Shown here: positions 47,255 to 56,713 of the stretch, one piece after another | Layout: every line of letters starts with the position of its first letter | Numbering within the stretch: position 1 is the stretch's first letter | Assembly: GCA_963724765.1 (NCBI GenBank) | Contig: CAVRVY010000003.1 | Span: forward strand, 512,001 to 576,000 | Source: an uncultured delta proteobacterium | Lineage (GTDB): Bacteria; Desulfobacterota; Binatia; Binatales; Binataceae | Length of the DNA: 64,000 bases | Direction: 5' to 3' | Program-made: the position numbers and the translations under genes | Notes under the pieces: model-generated | Seen by the model: the letters and a program-made list of their open reading frames with translations, nothing else | Databases searched by the model: none | What the model was told of the DNA's origin: nothing

Positions 47255-48892
47255 TCAGCCGAGGCGGGCGGCGACGATTTCGGCCACGCGCGCGGGCGTG
47301 GTGAGGCGGATGAAAACTCCCAGCCGCGGTCCACGCTCCTGGCCCAGAAGAACGCGATAGAGCAGCGGAAAAATCTTTCCCGGCTTGTCGTAGTGCTGGC
47401 GGCCGAGTTCGTAAATTGCCTTTTCGATCTCCTCGGCTTCCGCCTCGGCGTTTTGCGCAAGCCAGGCGCTGAGCGCGCGCAACTGCTCTCGCTCGCCGTC
47501 GCTGGGCGAATAGTGATATTTGGCCGGCTCGATGAAGTCGCGGTAGAAATTGAGCGCACATTCCATCAGGTCGCGCGTCATCTTCATCGTGTCCGCGTCG
47601 CCCTCGATCGCGGGATCGTAGTGCACCAGGTAGCGCCAGATAAGCTCGCGCTCGCCGCTGCCCAGCGCTCCAACCAGGTTCATCACGAGGCCAAAGCTGA
47701 GCGTCGAGTTGAAACGCCGGGCGCTTTGGCTTTGCAGTACGAACTCCAACGGCGAGTTGCGCCGCGCACGCTCGTCCGCGGCGCTCCATTTACGCAGCTC
47801 TTCGAGATATTCGTCGGTGTACTGCGGAATCGATTCCAGGAAAAGTTTGCGCGCCCGCCGCGGATTCAGAATCAGGAAATACCTGAGCACTTCGATCGGC
47901 GCGTAACGCCGCCACTGCTCGACGCCAACCCCGCGGCCGATCGACTTCGATACCTTGTGCCCCTCCTCGTCGAGATACATCTCGAACGCGAAGCCGAGCG
48001 GCGGCCGGCCGCCGAGCAGGCGCAAAATCTGGCCCGAGAGCCGCGCCGAATCGATCAGGTCCTTGCCATAAAGCTCGTAATCGACCTGCAGCACGTACCA
48101 TCTGAGCGCCCAGTCGACTTTCCACTGCACCTTGGCCCTGCCGCCGAGCACGCTCTGCTCGCCCTTGAAGCCGCAGCCCTCGGCGCCGCCGAAACTGCGC
48201 TCACAGGAAAACTCGACGGTGGCGCGCTCGGAATGGTACGCCGTCACCAGGGTCGAGTTGATCTGCCCGCACGCGGGACAGAGCGGCATCACGGGCGACC
48301 ATCCGGCGCGGTTCTCTTCGCGCAGCGTCGGCGTGACGATACGAATTATCTCGGCGTGTTTGGCGAGGATCAGTTTGAGCGCGTCGTCGAAACGGCCGCT
48401 TGAGTACATCTCGCTCGAGCGCATCAGCTCGTAGCTGACCTCGACCGGCTCGAGGAATTTTTCGAGCAGTCCGATCATGTGCGCGCCGAAGCTTGGATGG
48501 CATCCGCCAAAGGGGTCGGGAATCCGCGAGACTGGCTGACCAAGAAAGGCCGCAGTCGCCTCGCGGTTGGGGATGCTTTCGGGAACCTTGCGCAGCCCGT
48601 CCATGTCGTCGATGAAAACGATGAGCCGGCTGAGACGGCGGTAAGCGGCGGCGCCGGGGTCGGCTTCGCCGAGGGTTTCACCCAGAACCTGGCCAAGGAT
48701 CTTGAAGGCATGCTGGACGTAGGCGGGGCGCAGCACTTCGCCCATCGTGCCCAGGTGCGGCAGACCCGAGGGACCGAAGCCGCTTTCGAAGATTACCTCG
48801 CGATCGGTCGGGTAATTGCCGACCCGCTCGGCGAGCCGCCGGGCCTCTTCATAGGGCCAGAGGTCGAGTTCCGTTCGCTCGGCGGGCGCCAT
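47255..48892 (-). CDS. lysS: Class I lysyl-tRNA synthetase
   Basis: WPYEEA, ESGFGPSGLPHLG, DDMDGLRKVP, KVQWKVDW, GKD, KVSKSIG, GPRLG. Confidence 0.93.
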   Translation of the reverse strand: MAPAERTELDLWPYEEARRLAERVGNYPTDREVIFESGFGPSGLPHLGTMGEVLRPAYVQHAFKILGQVLGETLGEADPGAAAYRRLSRLIVFIDDMDGLRKVPESIPNREATAAFLGQPVSRIPDPFGGCHPSFGAHMIGLLEKFLEPVEVSYELMRSSEMYSSGRFDDALKLILAKHAEIIRIVTPTLREENRAGWSPVMPLCPACGQINSTLVTAYHSERATVEFSCERSFGGAEGCGFKGEQSVLGGRAKVQWKVDWALRWYVLQVDYELYGKDLIDSARLSGQILRLLGGRPPLGFAFEMYLDEEGHKVSKSIGRGVGVEQWRRYAPIEVLRYFLILNPRRARKLFLESIPQYTDEYLEELRKWSAADERARRNSPLEFVLQSQSARRFNSTLSFGLVMNLVGALGSGERELIWRYLVHYDPAIEGDADTMKMTRDLMECALNFYRDFIEPAKYHYSPSDGEREQLRALSAWLAQNAEAEAEEIEKAIYELGRQHYDKPGKIFPLLYRVLLGQERGPRLGVFIRLTTPARVAEIVAARLG

Positions 48893-48932
48893 CAGCGATC
48901 GTTCCTTACGGCGTTTATATTCCTTATGACTA

Positions 48933-49145
48933 TCATATCTTGCCCTTGAGCACGCGCGCCAACGCCTCGTGCAGCCAGGGATCGATCTGGAGGTCGCGGT
49001 TCTTTTCCGAGGCGAGACGCAACTTCACGCCGCAATTGGCACATATAAAGGCGTCTTGGCTAAATCCTGCACGGTCCTCCACGGCCAAATGCAGGAACCA
49101 TTCGTTTATCGGACGCCGGCAGATTTCGCAACTTTGTTCGCTCAT
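48933..49145 (-). CDS. 70-aa small zinc-finger-like protein
   Basis: CEIC...CANC pair; co-oriented just upstream of lysS. Confidence 0.6.
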   Translation of the reverse strand: MSEQSCEICRRPINEWFLHLAVEDRAGFSQDAFICANCGVKLRLASEKNRDLQIDPWLHEALARVLKGKI

Positions 49146-49376
49146 CGTATGGCAGACACGGGGGCGCTCGATGGTTATACCATTGATAGGGTCAGGGAGG
49201 GCGTGTTAGAGGTTTTTTCTCCAGACCAGTCGGCTGCCGTGGTGGAACCTTCGGGTTACATACTACCCTAAACCTCCTAAGGATTCGGGGCCTCCGGAGC
49301 GGCGGGCGGCTTCGGCGTGGGCCAGGGCTGGAACGGCCGAGCTGCTTTAGGCTCATTGGCGAATTTTTCCTGCTTC

Positions 49377-50393
49377 ATGGACGATCATCTGACAAAGCAC
49401 AAAATCAAGGAACTGCGGGCGTTGGTATCAGAGGGCGACCGGGTCGCTATCCTGTTGCAGGACGATCCCGATCCCGACGCGATGTCGAGCGCGATTGCGC
49501 TGCGCACGCTCCTGGGCCGCAACAAGCTCACCACGCCGATCTTCAGCTTCACTCCGGTCACCCGGCCGGAGAACAAGACCATGATGCATCTGCTGGAGAT
49601 TGAGATCGCGCCGGCCGACACCGAGGAACTCGCCGCGTTTGACCGGGTGGCGATGGTCGACGTGCAGCCGCCCTACTTCAACGGCCGCCTGCGCCGCGCC
49701 GACATCGTAATCGACCATCATCAGGGCTACGCGCCGAACAACGCCGCCTTCCAGGACGTACGCCCCGGCTATGGCGCCACCGCCACCATCATGACCGAGT
49801 ACCTGGTCGCTGCCGACGAGCGGATCAGCGAGCGCCTGGCCACCGCGCTGCTCTACGGCATCCGCAGCGACACGCTGATGCTCAAGCGGCGGGTGACCGA
49901 CAACAACATCCAAGCCTTCACCCAACTCTACCCGCACGCCAACTACAGCCTGTTGCGCCAGATCGACCGGCCCGAACTGCCCACGCGCTTCGCTCGCGTG
50001 CTGGCGCGGGTGATGCGCCGCTTCGAGGTCCACGACGGCGTCGCGCTGTTGCATCTCGGCCGCGTCGAGCGCGACGACCTGATCGTGCAGATGGCGGACT
50101 TCTGCCTGCAGTTCGAAGGCGTGGAATGGGTGGTGGTATCGGGCAAACTCGACAACAACCTGGTGATCGCGGTACGCAATCACGGGATCGGGCGGCGCAA
50201 TGCGGGCGAGGTCGTGCGTAAGCTGTTCGGCGAGATGGGCAGCGCCGGCGGCCATCGCAACATGTCCAAGGCGGTGATCGCGCTGAAGGATTGGCGCGCG
50301 AAAGAGCATACGCTGCGCGACAGCGCAATCGAAGCCCGCCTGCGCGAACTGTTCGAGGCGCAAATCAGCGGCGACAACGGCGCCGACGACTGA
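49377..50393 (+). CDS. DHH-family phosphoesterase (NrnA-like)
   Basis: DPDPDA, IDHH, GI.SDT, SAGGH. Confidence 0.88.
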   Translation: MDDHLTKHKIKELRALVSEGDRVAILLQDDPDPDAMSSAIALRTLLGRNKLTTPIFSFTPVTRPENKTMMHLLEIEIAPADTEELAAFDRVAMVDVQPPYFNGRLRRADIVIDHHQGYAPNNAAFQDVRPGYGATATIMTEYLVAADERISERLATALLYGIRSDTLMLKRRVTDNNIQAFTQLYPHANYSLLRQIDRPELPTRFARVLARVMRRFEVHDGVALLHLGRVERDDLIVQMADFCLQFEGVEWVVVSGKLDNNLVIAVRNHGIGRRNAGEVVRKLFGEMGSAGGHRNMSKAVIALKDWRAKEHTLRDSAIEARLRELFEAQISGDNGADD

Positions 50394-50480
50394 TCCGCAT
50401 ACGTCTGGCGAAACCTGCACATGCCTTTAACTGCGCGAGGCCGGTTTACGGCCCGCGCGCCAGCGTCTATCGTGGAGTTG

Positions 50481-50753
50481 ATGAGCGTGCTGGAGGGGAC
50501 AGTGGAGGTTGTCAACCGTCTGGGCCTCCATCTGCGCGCTGCAACCAAACTGGCCGAAACCGCGCGCAGCTTTCAGTCCAAGCTGACTATCGTGGGGAAG
50601 GACGGCCAGGCCGACGCGCGCAGCGTGATCAACCTGATGATGCTCGGCGCGGCGATCGGCGCGCGGCTCAAAGTGCGCGCCGAGGGCCCGGACGCGCGCG
50701 CCGCGCTCGACGCGATCCAGCGCCTGTTTCAGGATCGCTTTGGCGAAGACTGA
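50481..50753 (+). CDS. ptsH: HPr phosphocarrier protein
   Basis: NRLGLHLRAA (His15-like), DARSVINLMMLGA (Ser46-like), F..RFGE. Confidence 0.92.
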   Translation: MSVLEGTVEVVNRLGLHLRAATKLAETARSFQSKLTIVGKDGQADARSVINLMMLGAAIGARLKVRAEGPDARAALDAIQRLFQDRFGED

Positions 50754-51096
50754 ACATTGCGGCGAAAACGGAACGTTCCGACTAAGTCGGACGGAAGTTG
50801 ACTGACCGGTTTCGGGGCAACCCGGGGAGATTAGCGCCAAGAATTGATCGGCTGAACTGCTGACCGCCGAGCACGTGACGGTCAGCGGGCCAGTGCCTTG
50901 ATCGCACGTCAGCGGTTGGCTATACCAGTGCATCGTTCTTAGTTCCGGATGGAATACCTGCATTTATCGAGCGTTGTGCGGCGAGCGCTCGCTCTGCAAC
51001 CAAATCAAACATTACGTTGCCGCTGGGCCGGGTGAGCCTGCTGAGCACCGAGGCGGCCGTTTGCAAAGACCGGCAGCCCCAAGGAGACATCGCTAA

Positions 51097-52284
51097 ATGC
51101 CGCTCAAGGACTTTCTCTTCACCTCGGAATCAGTTTCCGAAGGCCATCCCGATAAGATGTGCGACCAGATCTCGGACGCCGTGCTCGACGCGCTTATCGC
51201 CGAGGATCCCAACTCGCGCGTGGCGCTGGAGTCGCTGGTCAAGACCGGGCTGATCGTGCTGGCCGGCGAGATCACCAGCCGTGCGCATCCGGACTTCGTG
51301 CGGATCGCGCGCGATACCGCGCTCGAAATCGGCTACAACCACATCGACACCGGCTTCGACGGCAACAACTGCGCCGTGCTGACCGCGATCGAGCCACAAT
51401 CGGTGGATATCTCGCAGGGCGTCACCGAGGGCGAAGGCCTGCACAAGGAGCAGGGCGCCGGCGACCAGGGCTTGATGTTCGGGTTCGCCTGCGACGAGAC
51501 GCCGGAGGAAATGCCGCTGCCGATCGCGCTCGCGCATCGGCTGATGGAGAACCTCTCCAAGCTCCGCCACCAGGGCAAGGCGGATTTCCTGCTGCCCGAC
51601 GGCAAAAGCCAGGTCACCGTACGTTACGTGGGCGGGCGCCCGGTCGAGATCAGTACGGTGGTGGTCTCGGCCCAGCATCGCCGCGATGTCGGCCATGCGA
51701 CCGTGCGCGAGGCGGTGATCGAGGAGTTGATCAAGCCGACCATCCCCAAGCAGTTCCTGACCAAGGACACGGTAATCCACGTCAACCCGACCGGCAGCTT
51801 CGTGATCGGCGGTCCGCATGGCGACTGCGGGCTGACCGGGCGCAAGATCATCGTCGACACCTACGGCGGCTACGGCCGCCACGGCGGCGGCGCGTTCTCC
51901 GGCAAGGACCCGAGCAAGGTCGATCGCTCGGCCTGCTACATGGCGCGCTACGTGGCCAAGAACGTGGTCGCAGCCGGGCTCGCAACCAAGTGCGAAATCC
52001 AGGTGGCGTACGCGATCGGTGTGGCCGAGCCGGTTTCGATCCTGATTGACACTTTCGACACGGGTGCGGTGCCGGACCAGAAGCTGTCCTCGGCGCTGCG
52101 CGAGCTGTTCGATTTTCGGCCCGCCGGGATCATCAAGACCCTCGGTTTGAAGCGGCCGATCTACAAGGCCACCGCCGCGTACGGCCATTTCGGCCGCGTG
52201 CCGCACAATGGGCTCTTTCCGTGGGAGCAGACCGACATGGTCGACGCATTGCGTAGCGCATTTGGGCGCGACAGCGGCCGTTAA
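51097..52284 (+). CDS. metK: S-adenosylmethionine synthetase
   Basis: [46 protein letters not shown]. Confidence 0.97.
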   Translation: MPLKDFLFTSESVSEGHPDKMCDQISDAVLDALIAEDPNSRVALESLVKTGLIVLAGEITSRAHPDFVRIARDTALEIGYNHIDTGFDGNNCAVLTAIEPQSVDISQGVTEGEGLHKEQGAGDQGLMFGFACDETPEEMPLPIALAHRLMENLSKLRHQGKADFLLPDGKSQVTVRYVGGRPVEISTVVVSAQHRRDVGHATVREAVIEELIKPTIPKQFLTKDTVIHVNPTGSFVIGGPHGDCGLTGRKIIVDTYGGYGRHGGGAFSGKDPSKVDRSACYMARYVAKNVVAAGLATKCEIQVAYAIGVAEPVSILIDTFDTGAVPDQKLSSALRELFDFRPAGIIKTLGLKRPIYKATAAYGHFGRVPHNGLFPWEQTDMVDALRSAFGRDSGR

Positions 52285-52368
52285 GTTAATCAGAACAACG
52301 TCGTATTGAAGCCTGGGGCGCGCGGCGCACTCGCGTACGCACGCCCTTTGAAATTCGGAGAAGATCAG

Positions 52369-53682
52369 ATGGAGGCGAAAGCCAACAAGCGTAAAGCCAC
52401 GTCCCTCGCGTCACGCAACGGGCGCGCCCTGCCCCATGACGTGCGCGACCTCGGACTGGCCGAGGCCGGACGGCGCAGGATTGAGTGGGCCGACGAACAG
52501 ATGCCAGTGCTGCGGATCATCCGCGAACGCTTCGCCAAGGAGAAGCCGCTGCGCGGCCAACGCCTGAGCGCCTGTCTGCATATAACCACCGAGACCGCCA
52601 ATCTGCTGCGCACACTCAAGGCCGGCGGCGCCGAAGTGCTGTGCTGCGCCTCCAATCCGCTCTCGACCCAGGACGACGTCGCGGCTGCGCTGGTCAAGGA
52701 ATACGGCATCCCCAGCTACGCCGTGCACGCCGAGGATCGCGACACCTATTACAGCCATCTGCGCGCCGTACTCGAGGCCCATCCGACCATCACAATGGAC
52801 GACGGCGCCGACCTGGTGAGCCTGCTCCACACCGAGTTTCAGGACCAGGCCTCCGAAGTACGGGCCTCGATGGAAGAGACCACGACCGGCGTTATCCGCC
52901 TGCGCGCGATGGAGCAGGACCGCGCACTGCGCATCCCGGTCGTCGCCGTCAACGACGCCCAGACCAAGTACCTGTTCGACAACCGCTACGGCACGGGCCA
53001 ATCGACGCTCGACGCGATCATCCGTGCGACCGGCGTGCTGGTGGCGGGCTCGGTGTTCGTGGTGTGCGGCTATGGATGGTGCGGGCGCGGCGTGGCGTCG
53101 CGCGCGCGTGGCCTCGGCGCCAACGTGATCGTGACCGAGGTCAACCCCATCCGGGCGCTGGAGGCGGCGCTCGACGGCTACCAGGTGATGCGGATGGCGG
53201 AGGCGGCGCGGGTCGGCGACATCTTCGTCACCGTCACCGGCGACAAGGACATCATCGGCGCCAACCATATGACCGCGATGAAGGATGGTGCAATCATCTG
53301 CAACTCGGGTCACTTCGATGTCGAGATCGATCTGCCCGCGCTGCGCAAGCTGGCGCGCCGCGTCGATCGCCAGGCCGAGCGTGAAGTCGAGACCTTCCAT
53401 CTGCGCAACGGGCGCAAGCTTTACCTGCTCGGCCAGGGGCGGCTGGTGAATCTCGCCTGTGCCGGAGGCCATCCCGCGCAAGTGATGGACATGAGCTTCG
53501 CCACCCAGGCGATGGCCGCGGCGTGGGCCGCGGGGGCGCAACTCGAGGTCAAGGTGCATAACGTGCCTTTGAAGATCGAGGACGAAGTCGCGGGCATGAA
53601 ACTGGCCGCGATGGGAATCAAGATCGACCGGCTTTCAGCCGAGCAGAAGCACTACCTGGCAAGCTGGCAAAGCGGGACCTAA
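52369..53682 (+). CDS. ahcY: S-adenosylhomocysteine hydrolase
   Basis: CLHITTET, SNPLSTQD, EETTTG, FDNRYGTGQS, GYGWCG, GRLVNL..GHP..VMDMSF. Confidence 0.96.
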   Translation: MEAKANKRKATSLASRNGRALPHDVRDLGLAEAGRRRIEWADEQMPVLRIIRERFAKEKPLRGQRLSACLHITTETANLLRTLKAGGAEVLCCASNPLSTQDDVAAALVKEYGIPSYAVHAEDRDTYYSHLRAVLEAHPTITMDDGADLVSLLHTEFQDQASEVRASMEETTTGVIRLRAMEQDRALRIPVVAVNDAQTKYLFDNRYGTGQSTLDAIIRATGVLVAGSVFVVCGYGWCGRGVASRARGLGANVIVTEVNPIRALEAALDGYQVMRMAEAARVGDIFVTVTGDKDIIGANHMTAMKDGAIICNSGHFDVEIDLPALRKLARRVDRQAEREVETFHLRNGRKLYLLGQGRLVNLACAGGHPAQVMDMSFATQAMAAAWAAGAQLEVKVHNVPLKIEDEVAGMKLAAMGIKIDRLSAEQKHYLASWQSGT

Positions 53683-53741
53683 GCAACAATTCGAGCGGAC
53701 ACCCTCAGCGCGGCCGCGCGCGGGCCGCGGGAGGGCCGCGT

Positions 53742-54440
53742 CTAACTGCTGCCCGGCAGCCAGCCGCGGCGGCGCGCCAGTTCGCCGCCGGCGAAACATA
53801 TCACGATCAGCGCAAGCGCGAGGAAAAAGCGCGGCGAGGTCGGATGCCATAGCGCGTCGCCCAGGAACGCGAACAGGATAGTCCCCGGGATCATCCCGAT
53901 CATGCTCGCCCAGAAATAGTCGCGGAAAGTTATTGGCGAGGCGCCGGCCAGCAGGTTGAGCGCGTTGTAGGGAATGAGCGGCACCAGCCGCAGATAGAAA
54001 ATGATCTGGAAACCGTGGCGTCCGATGTGCGCCAGAAGCTTTTCGAATCGTCCCCCGACCACGCTCTGTACGAACGACCGGCCCAGAAAACGGCCCGCGG
54101 CAAACGCAATCAGCGCTCCCGCATCCGCTCCCAGCAGCGAGTAGACCGAACCCCACAGCGTCCCGAACGCCAGCCCGCCCGCGATCGTCATCACCGCGCC
54201 CGGCACCAGGAACGACGGACCTACCGCGTAGAGCAGCATGTAAACGACCGGCCCCCAGATGCCCCAGCTCAGCACCTCCACCTTGACCAGGCTCGGATTC
54301 TCGAACCATTCGGTATGCGCCCACAAAAGCCACAGCGAGCCTCCAACCAGGATCAGCACGATCAGGATCTTGACGATCCCCAGCGCAGTGAGCAGACGGG
54401 GCTGATCCTCGGGAGTTGGTATTGGACTGATAGCTGCCAT
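53742..54440 (-). CDS. TVP38/TMEM64 (DedA superfamily) membrane protein
   Basis: PG..MTIAGGLAFG, LRLVPLIPY..LN, IGMIPGT. Confidence 0.9.
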   Translation of the reverse strand: MAAISPIPTPEDQPRLLTALGIVKILIVLILVGGSLWLLWAHTEWFENPSLVKVEVLSWGIWGPVVYMLLYAVGPSFLVPGAVMTIAGGLAFGTLWGSVYSLLGADAGALIAFAAGRFLGRSFVQSVVGGRFEKLLAHIGRHGFQIIFYLRLVPLIPYNALNLLAGASPITFRDYFWASMIGMIPGTILFAFLGDALWHPTSPRFFLALALIVICFAGGELARRRGWLPGSS

Positions 54441-54650
54441 CGCCGAGCCGCGCGGGCGGCCGATTAATGATACGGGCCGCTATGGCACACAGACAAGGCC
54501 GTCGGCCGTGAGAGTTTCGTTTTCGTGGTCCCGATGCGCGGTCGCGCTACAGTCGGCCTAAGTGGGCGTCGGCCGCTGCCGGAGGAGCTGAATTTATTCT
54601 TATGATCTCCTAAGGAAAGCTAGGAGGCGCGGGAGAAAGGCCGGAGCGAC

Positions 54651-55610
54651 TCAGCGCGCGATGTCGTTGTGGCGCACCTGGACGGCGACGCCCTCCAGGC
54701 CCAGGCGGTGCGCGAGTTCGGTCGCCAGCGTCGGCGATCGATGCCGTCCGCCGGTGCATCCCAGGCCGATCGTCAGGTAGCTTTTTCCTTCGCGCCGGTA
54801 GAGCGGCACCAGGAAGCCGAGCAGCCGCACGAACTCGTCGACGAAGCGTCGCGCCTCCGGCTGGTTCATCACGTACGTCCGCACTCGCTCGTCCATCCCG
54901 TCCAGCGGCCTCAGTTCCGGCACGAAAAACGGGTTGGGCAAAAAACGCACGTCCAGCACCAGGTCCATCCCGACCGGGATCCCATACTTGTAGCCGAACG
55001 AGACCAGCGCGATCGTCATCGCTGACCCGCTTGCAGCGCCCAATACCGCCGTCGTGATGACCTCGCGCAGCTCGTGCACGGTGAGCGCGCTGGTATCGAT
55101 CACGCGGTTGGCCCGCTCGCGCATCTCGGCCAGCGCCAGGCGTTCGCTGCGGATGCCGTCGGTCACCGAGGCGCCGCGCTCGGCCATCGGATGCGGCCGG
55201 CGGCTCTCGGAGTAGCGCCGCACCAGGACCTCGTCGGAGGCGTCGAGAAAAAGCACTTCGGGACGAAAGCCCGCGCGCTCGAGCTCGTTGAAGACACGCG
55301 GCCACTGCGGAAAGAACAGCCGCTCGCGCGCGTCGATACCGAGCGCGACGCCGGCGAGCTCCGGGTCGCGCCGGGTCGCCAGCCGCATCACCGACTCGGC
55401 CAGCGCGACCGGCATATTGTCAACGCAGTAAAAGCCCAGGTCCTCGAGCACCCGCATCGCGGACAGCCGCCCCGAGCCCGAGACCCCGGTGACGATGATG
55501 AGGCGCGGATTCCGATCGGAACTGACGGACGTGGTGGAATTGCCGAAAGTGGCGGATATGGCTGACGCGGAGGTTGCGTCTGCCTTGCGCGCCCGCCGCC
55601 GCAGAGCCAT
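54651..55610 (-). CDS. rapZ: RNase adapter RapZ (YhbJ)
   Basis: VTGVSGSG, EDLGFYCVDN, RYSESRRPHP, SFGYKYG, DVRFLPNP, GCTGGRHRS. Confidence 0.93.
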   Translation of the reverse strand: MALRRRARKADATSASAISATFGNSTTSVSSDRNPRLIIVTGVSGSGRLSAMRVLEDLGFYCVDNMPVALAESVMRLATRRDPELAGVALGIDARERLFFPQWPRVFNELERAGFRPEVLFLDASDEVLVRRYSESRRPHPMAERGASVTDGIRSERLALAEMRERANRVIDTSALTVHELREVITTAVLGAASGSAMTIALVSFGYKYGIPVGMDLVLDVRFLPNPFFVPELRPLDGMDERVRTYVMNQPEARRFVDEFVRLLGFLVPLYRREGKSYLTIGLGCTGGRHRSPTLATELAHRLGLEGVAVQVRHNDIAR

Positions 55611-55640
55611 CGCAGTCCAAGGCGCCGGCAGCACCTCGAC

Positions 55641-56102
55641 TCAGTGCCGGGCGTCTTCCTCCTTGATGAGGCGAAAAATCTCGGCCGCGTCGGGCGCGTT
55701 GCTGAGCCGTTCGCGAAACGCCGGGTCCTTCATCAGGCGCGATACCCGCGCGAGCGCCTTGAGATGCAGGCTCGCCGAATCCTCGGGCGCGACCAGCAGA
55801 AAGAACAGATGCGTGGGGCCGCCGTCGAGCGAGTCAAAATCGACGCCACGTCGATGGCGTCCGAAGACCCCGATGATGTTGGTGACGCGGGCAAGCTTGC
55901 CGTGAGGGATGGCGATGCCGTCGCCGATCGCGGTCGAGCCCAGCCGCTCACGCTCGGCGAGCACCGCGGACAGCGCCGCGGGATCAACCTCGCGGTGTTT
56001 GCTGGCGAGGTACTCGGCCAGCTCATGCAGCACTTCGGGTTTGGTGTTGCCCTTGAGCTCAGGCAATACCATTTCAGGATTCAGGATATCGGTAATTTTC
56101 AT
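55641..56102 (-). CDS. ptsN: PTS EIIA (nitrogen-regulatory type)
   Basis: RERLGSTAIGDGIAIPHGK, GVDFDSLDG.P, HLKALARVSR; position in the rpoN operon. Confidence 0.9.
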   Translation of the reverse strand: MKITDILNPEMVLPELKGNTKPEVLHELAEYLASKHREVDPAALSAVLAERERLGSTAIGDGIAIPHGKLARVTNIIGVFGRHRRGVDFDSLDGGPTHLFFLLVAPEDSASLHLKALARVSRLMKDPAFRERLSNAPDAAEIFRLIKEEDARH

Positions 56103-56205
56103 TGCCTACTTAGCGCACCCGATTATTGCATTGAGCGGAGGGTCCGGCGAGCCGGTATGGCCGCGAAGAATCGCCAGCGCGCGCGGCTCTGATAAGCGGG
56201 CGCAC

Positions 56206-56652
56206 CTACGAGTGGGAATCGCTCTCCGCTTCCTCAGCCGCGCTCAGGACCTCGCCCGCCGATGGGGCACGCCATTTCTTTGCCTCGATCTTCTCCACAT
56301 GTTTCTTGAGTTGCCGCTGGACCTTGTCCGCGAGCAGGTCGATGACCGAGTAGAGGTCCTTGGTCTCCTGCTGCGCCGCGACCACGGCCAGACGGCCTGA
56401 CTTGACCGTAACTTCGCCGCACTGGCGGTATTTATCAACTGAGAGGATCAAATGCACCGTGCACGGGCGCATCAAAGCTTTGGCCACGTGGCCGAGCTTG
56501 CGTTCCCCGTACTGGCGGATCGCCTCGGTCGGCTCGACGTGACGGAAGGTCACGGTGACCAGCGCGACCGGCCGCGCCTTGAGCTGCACGCGGCGGCGAA
56601 GTTTGCGTTCGGCCACCCGGTTGCGCTTGCCCGCCGGTTCTTTCATCGCCAT
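56206..56652 (-). CDS. hpf: Ribosome hibernation promoting factor
   Basis: VTFRHVEPTEAIRQY, DLYSVID...DKV.RQLKK; follows rpoN. Confidence 0.88.
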   Translation of the reverse strand: MAMKEPAGKRNRVAERKLRRRVQLKARPVALVTVTFRHVEPTEAIRQYGERKLGHVAKALMRPCTVHLILSVDKYRQCGEVTVKSGRLAVVAAQQETKDLYSVIDLLADKVQRQLKKHVEKIEAKKWRAPSAGEVLSAAEEAESDSHS

Positions 56653-56713
56653 CTAACCACCCCTTTTGGCCATCCCTTTTTCGCGCGCGCTCTTTGCAGT
56701 TGCGACAAGGAGG

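Noticed and set aside
47255-48892. Class I LysRS as a sign of archaeal gene transfer
   Set aside because: Class I LysRS is known in several bacterial lineages, and the composition matches the surrounding DNA.
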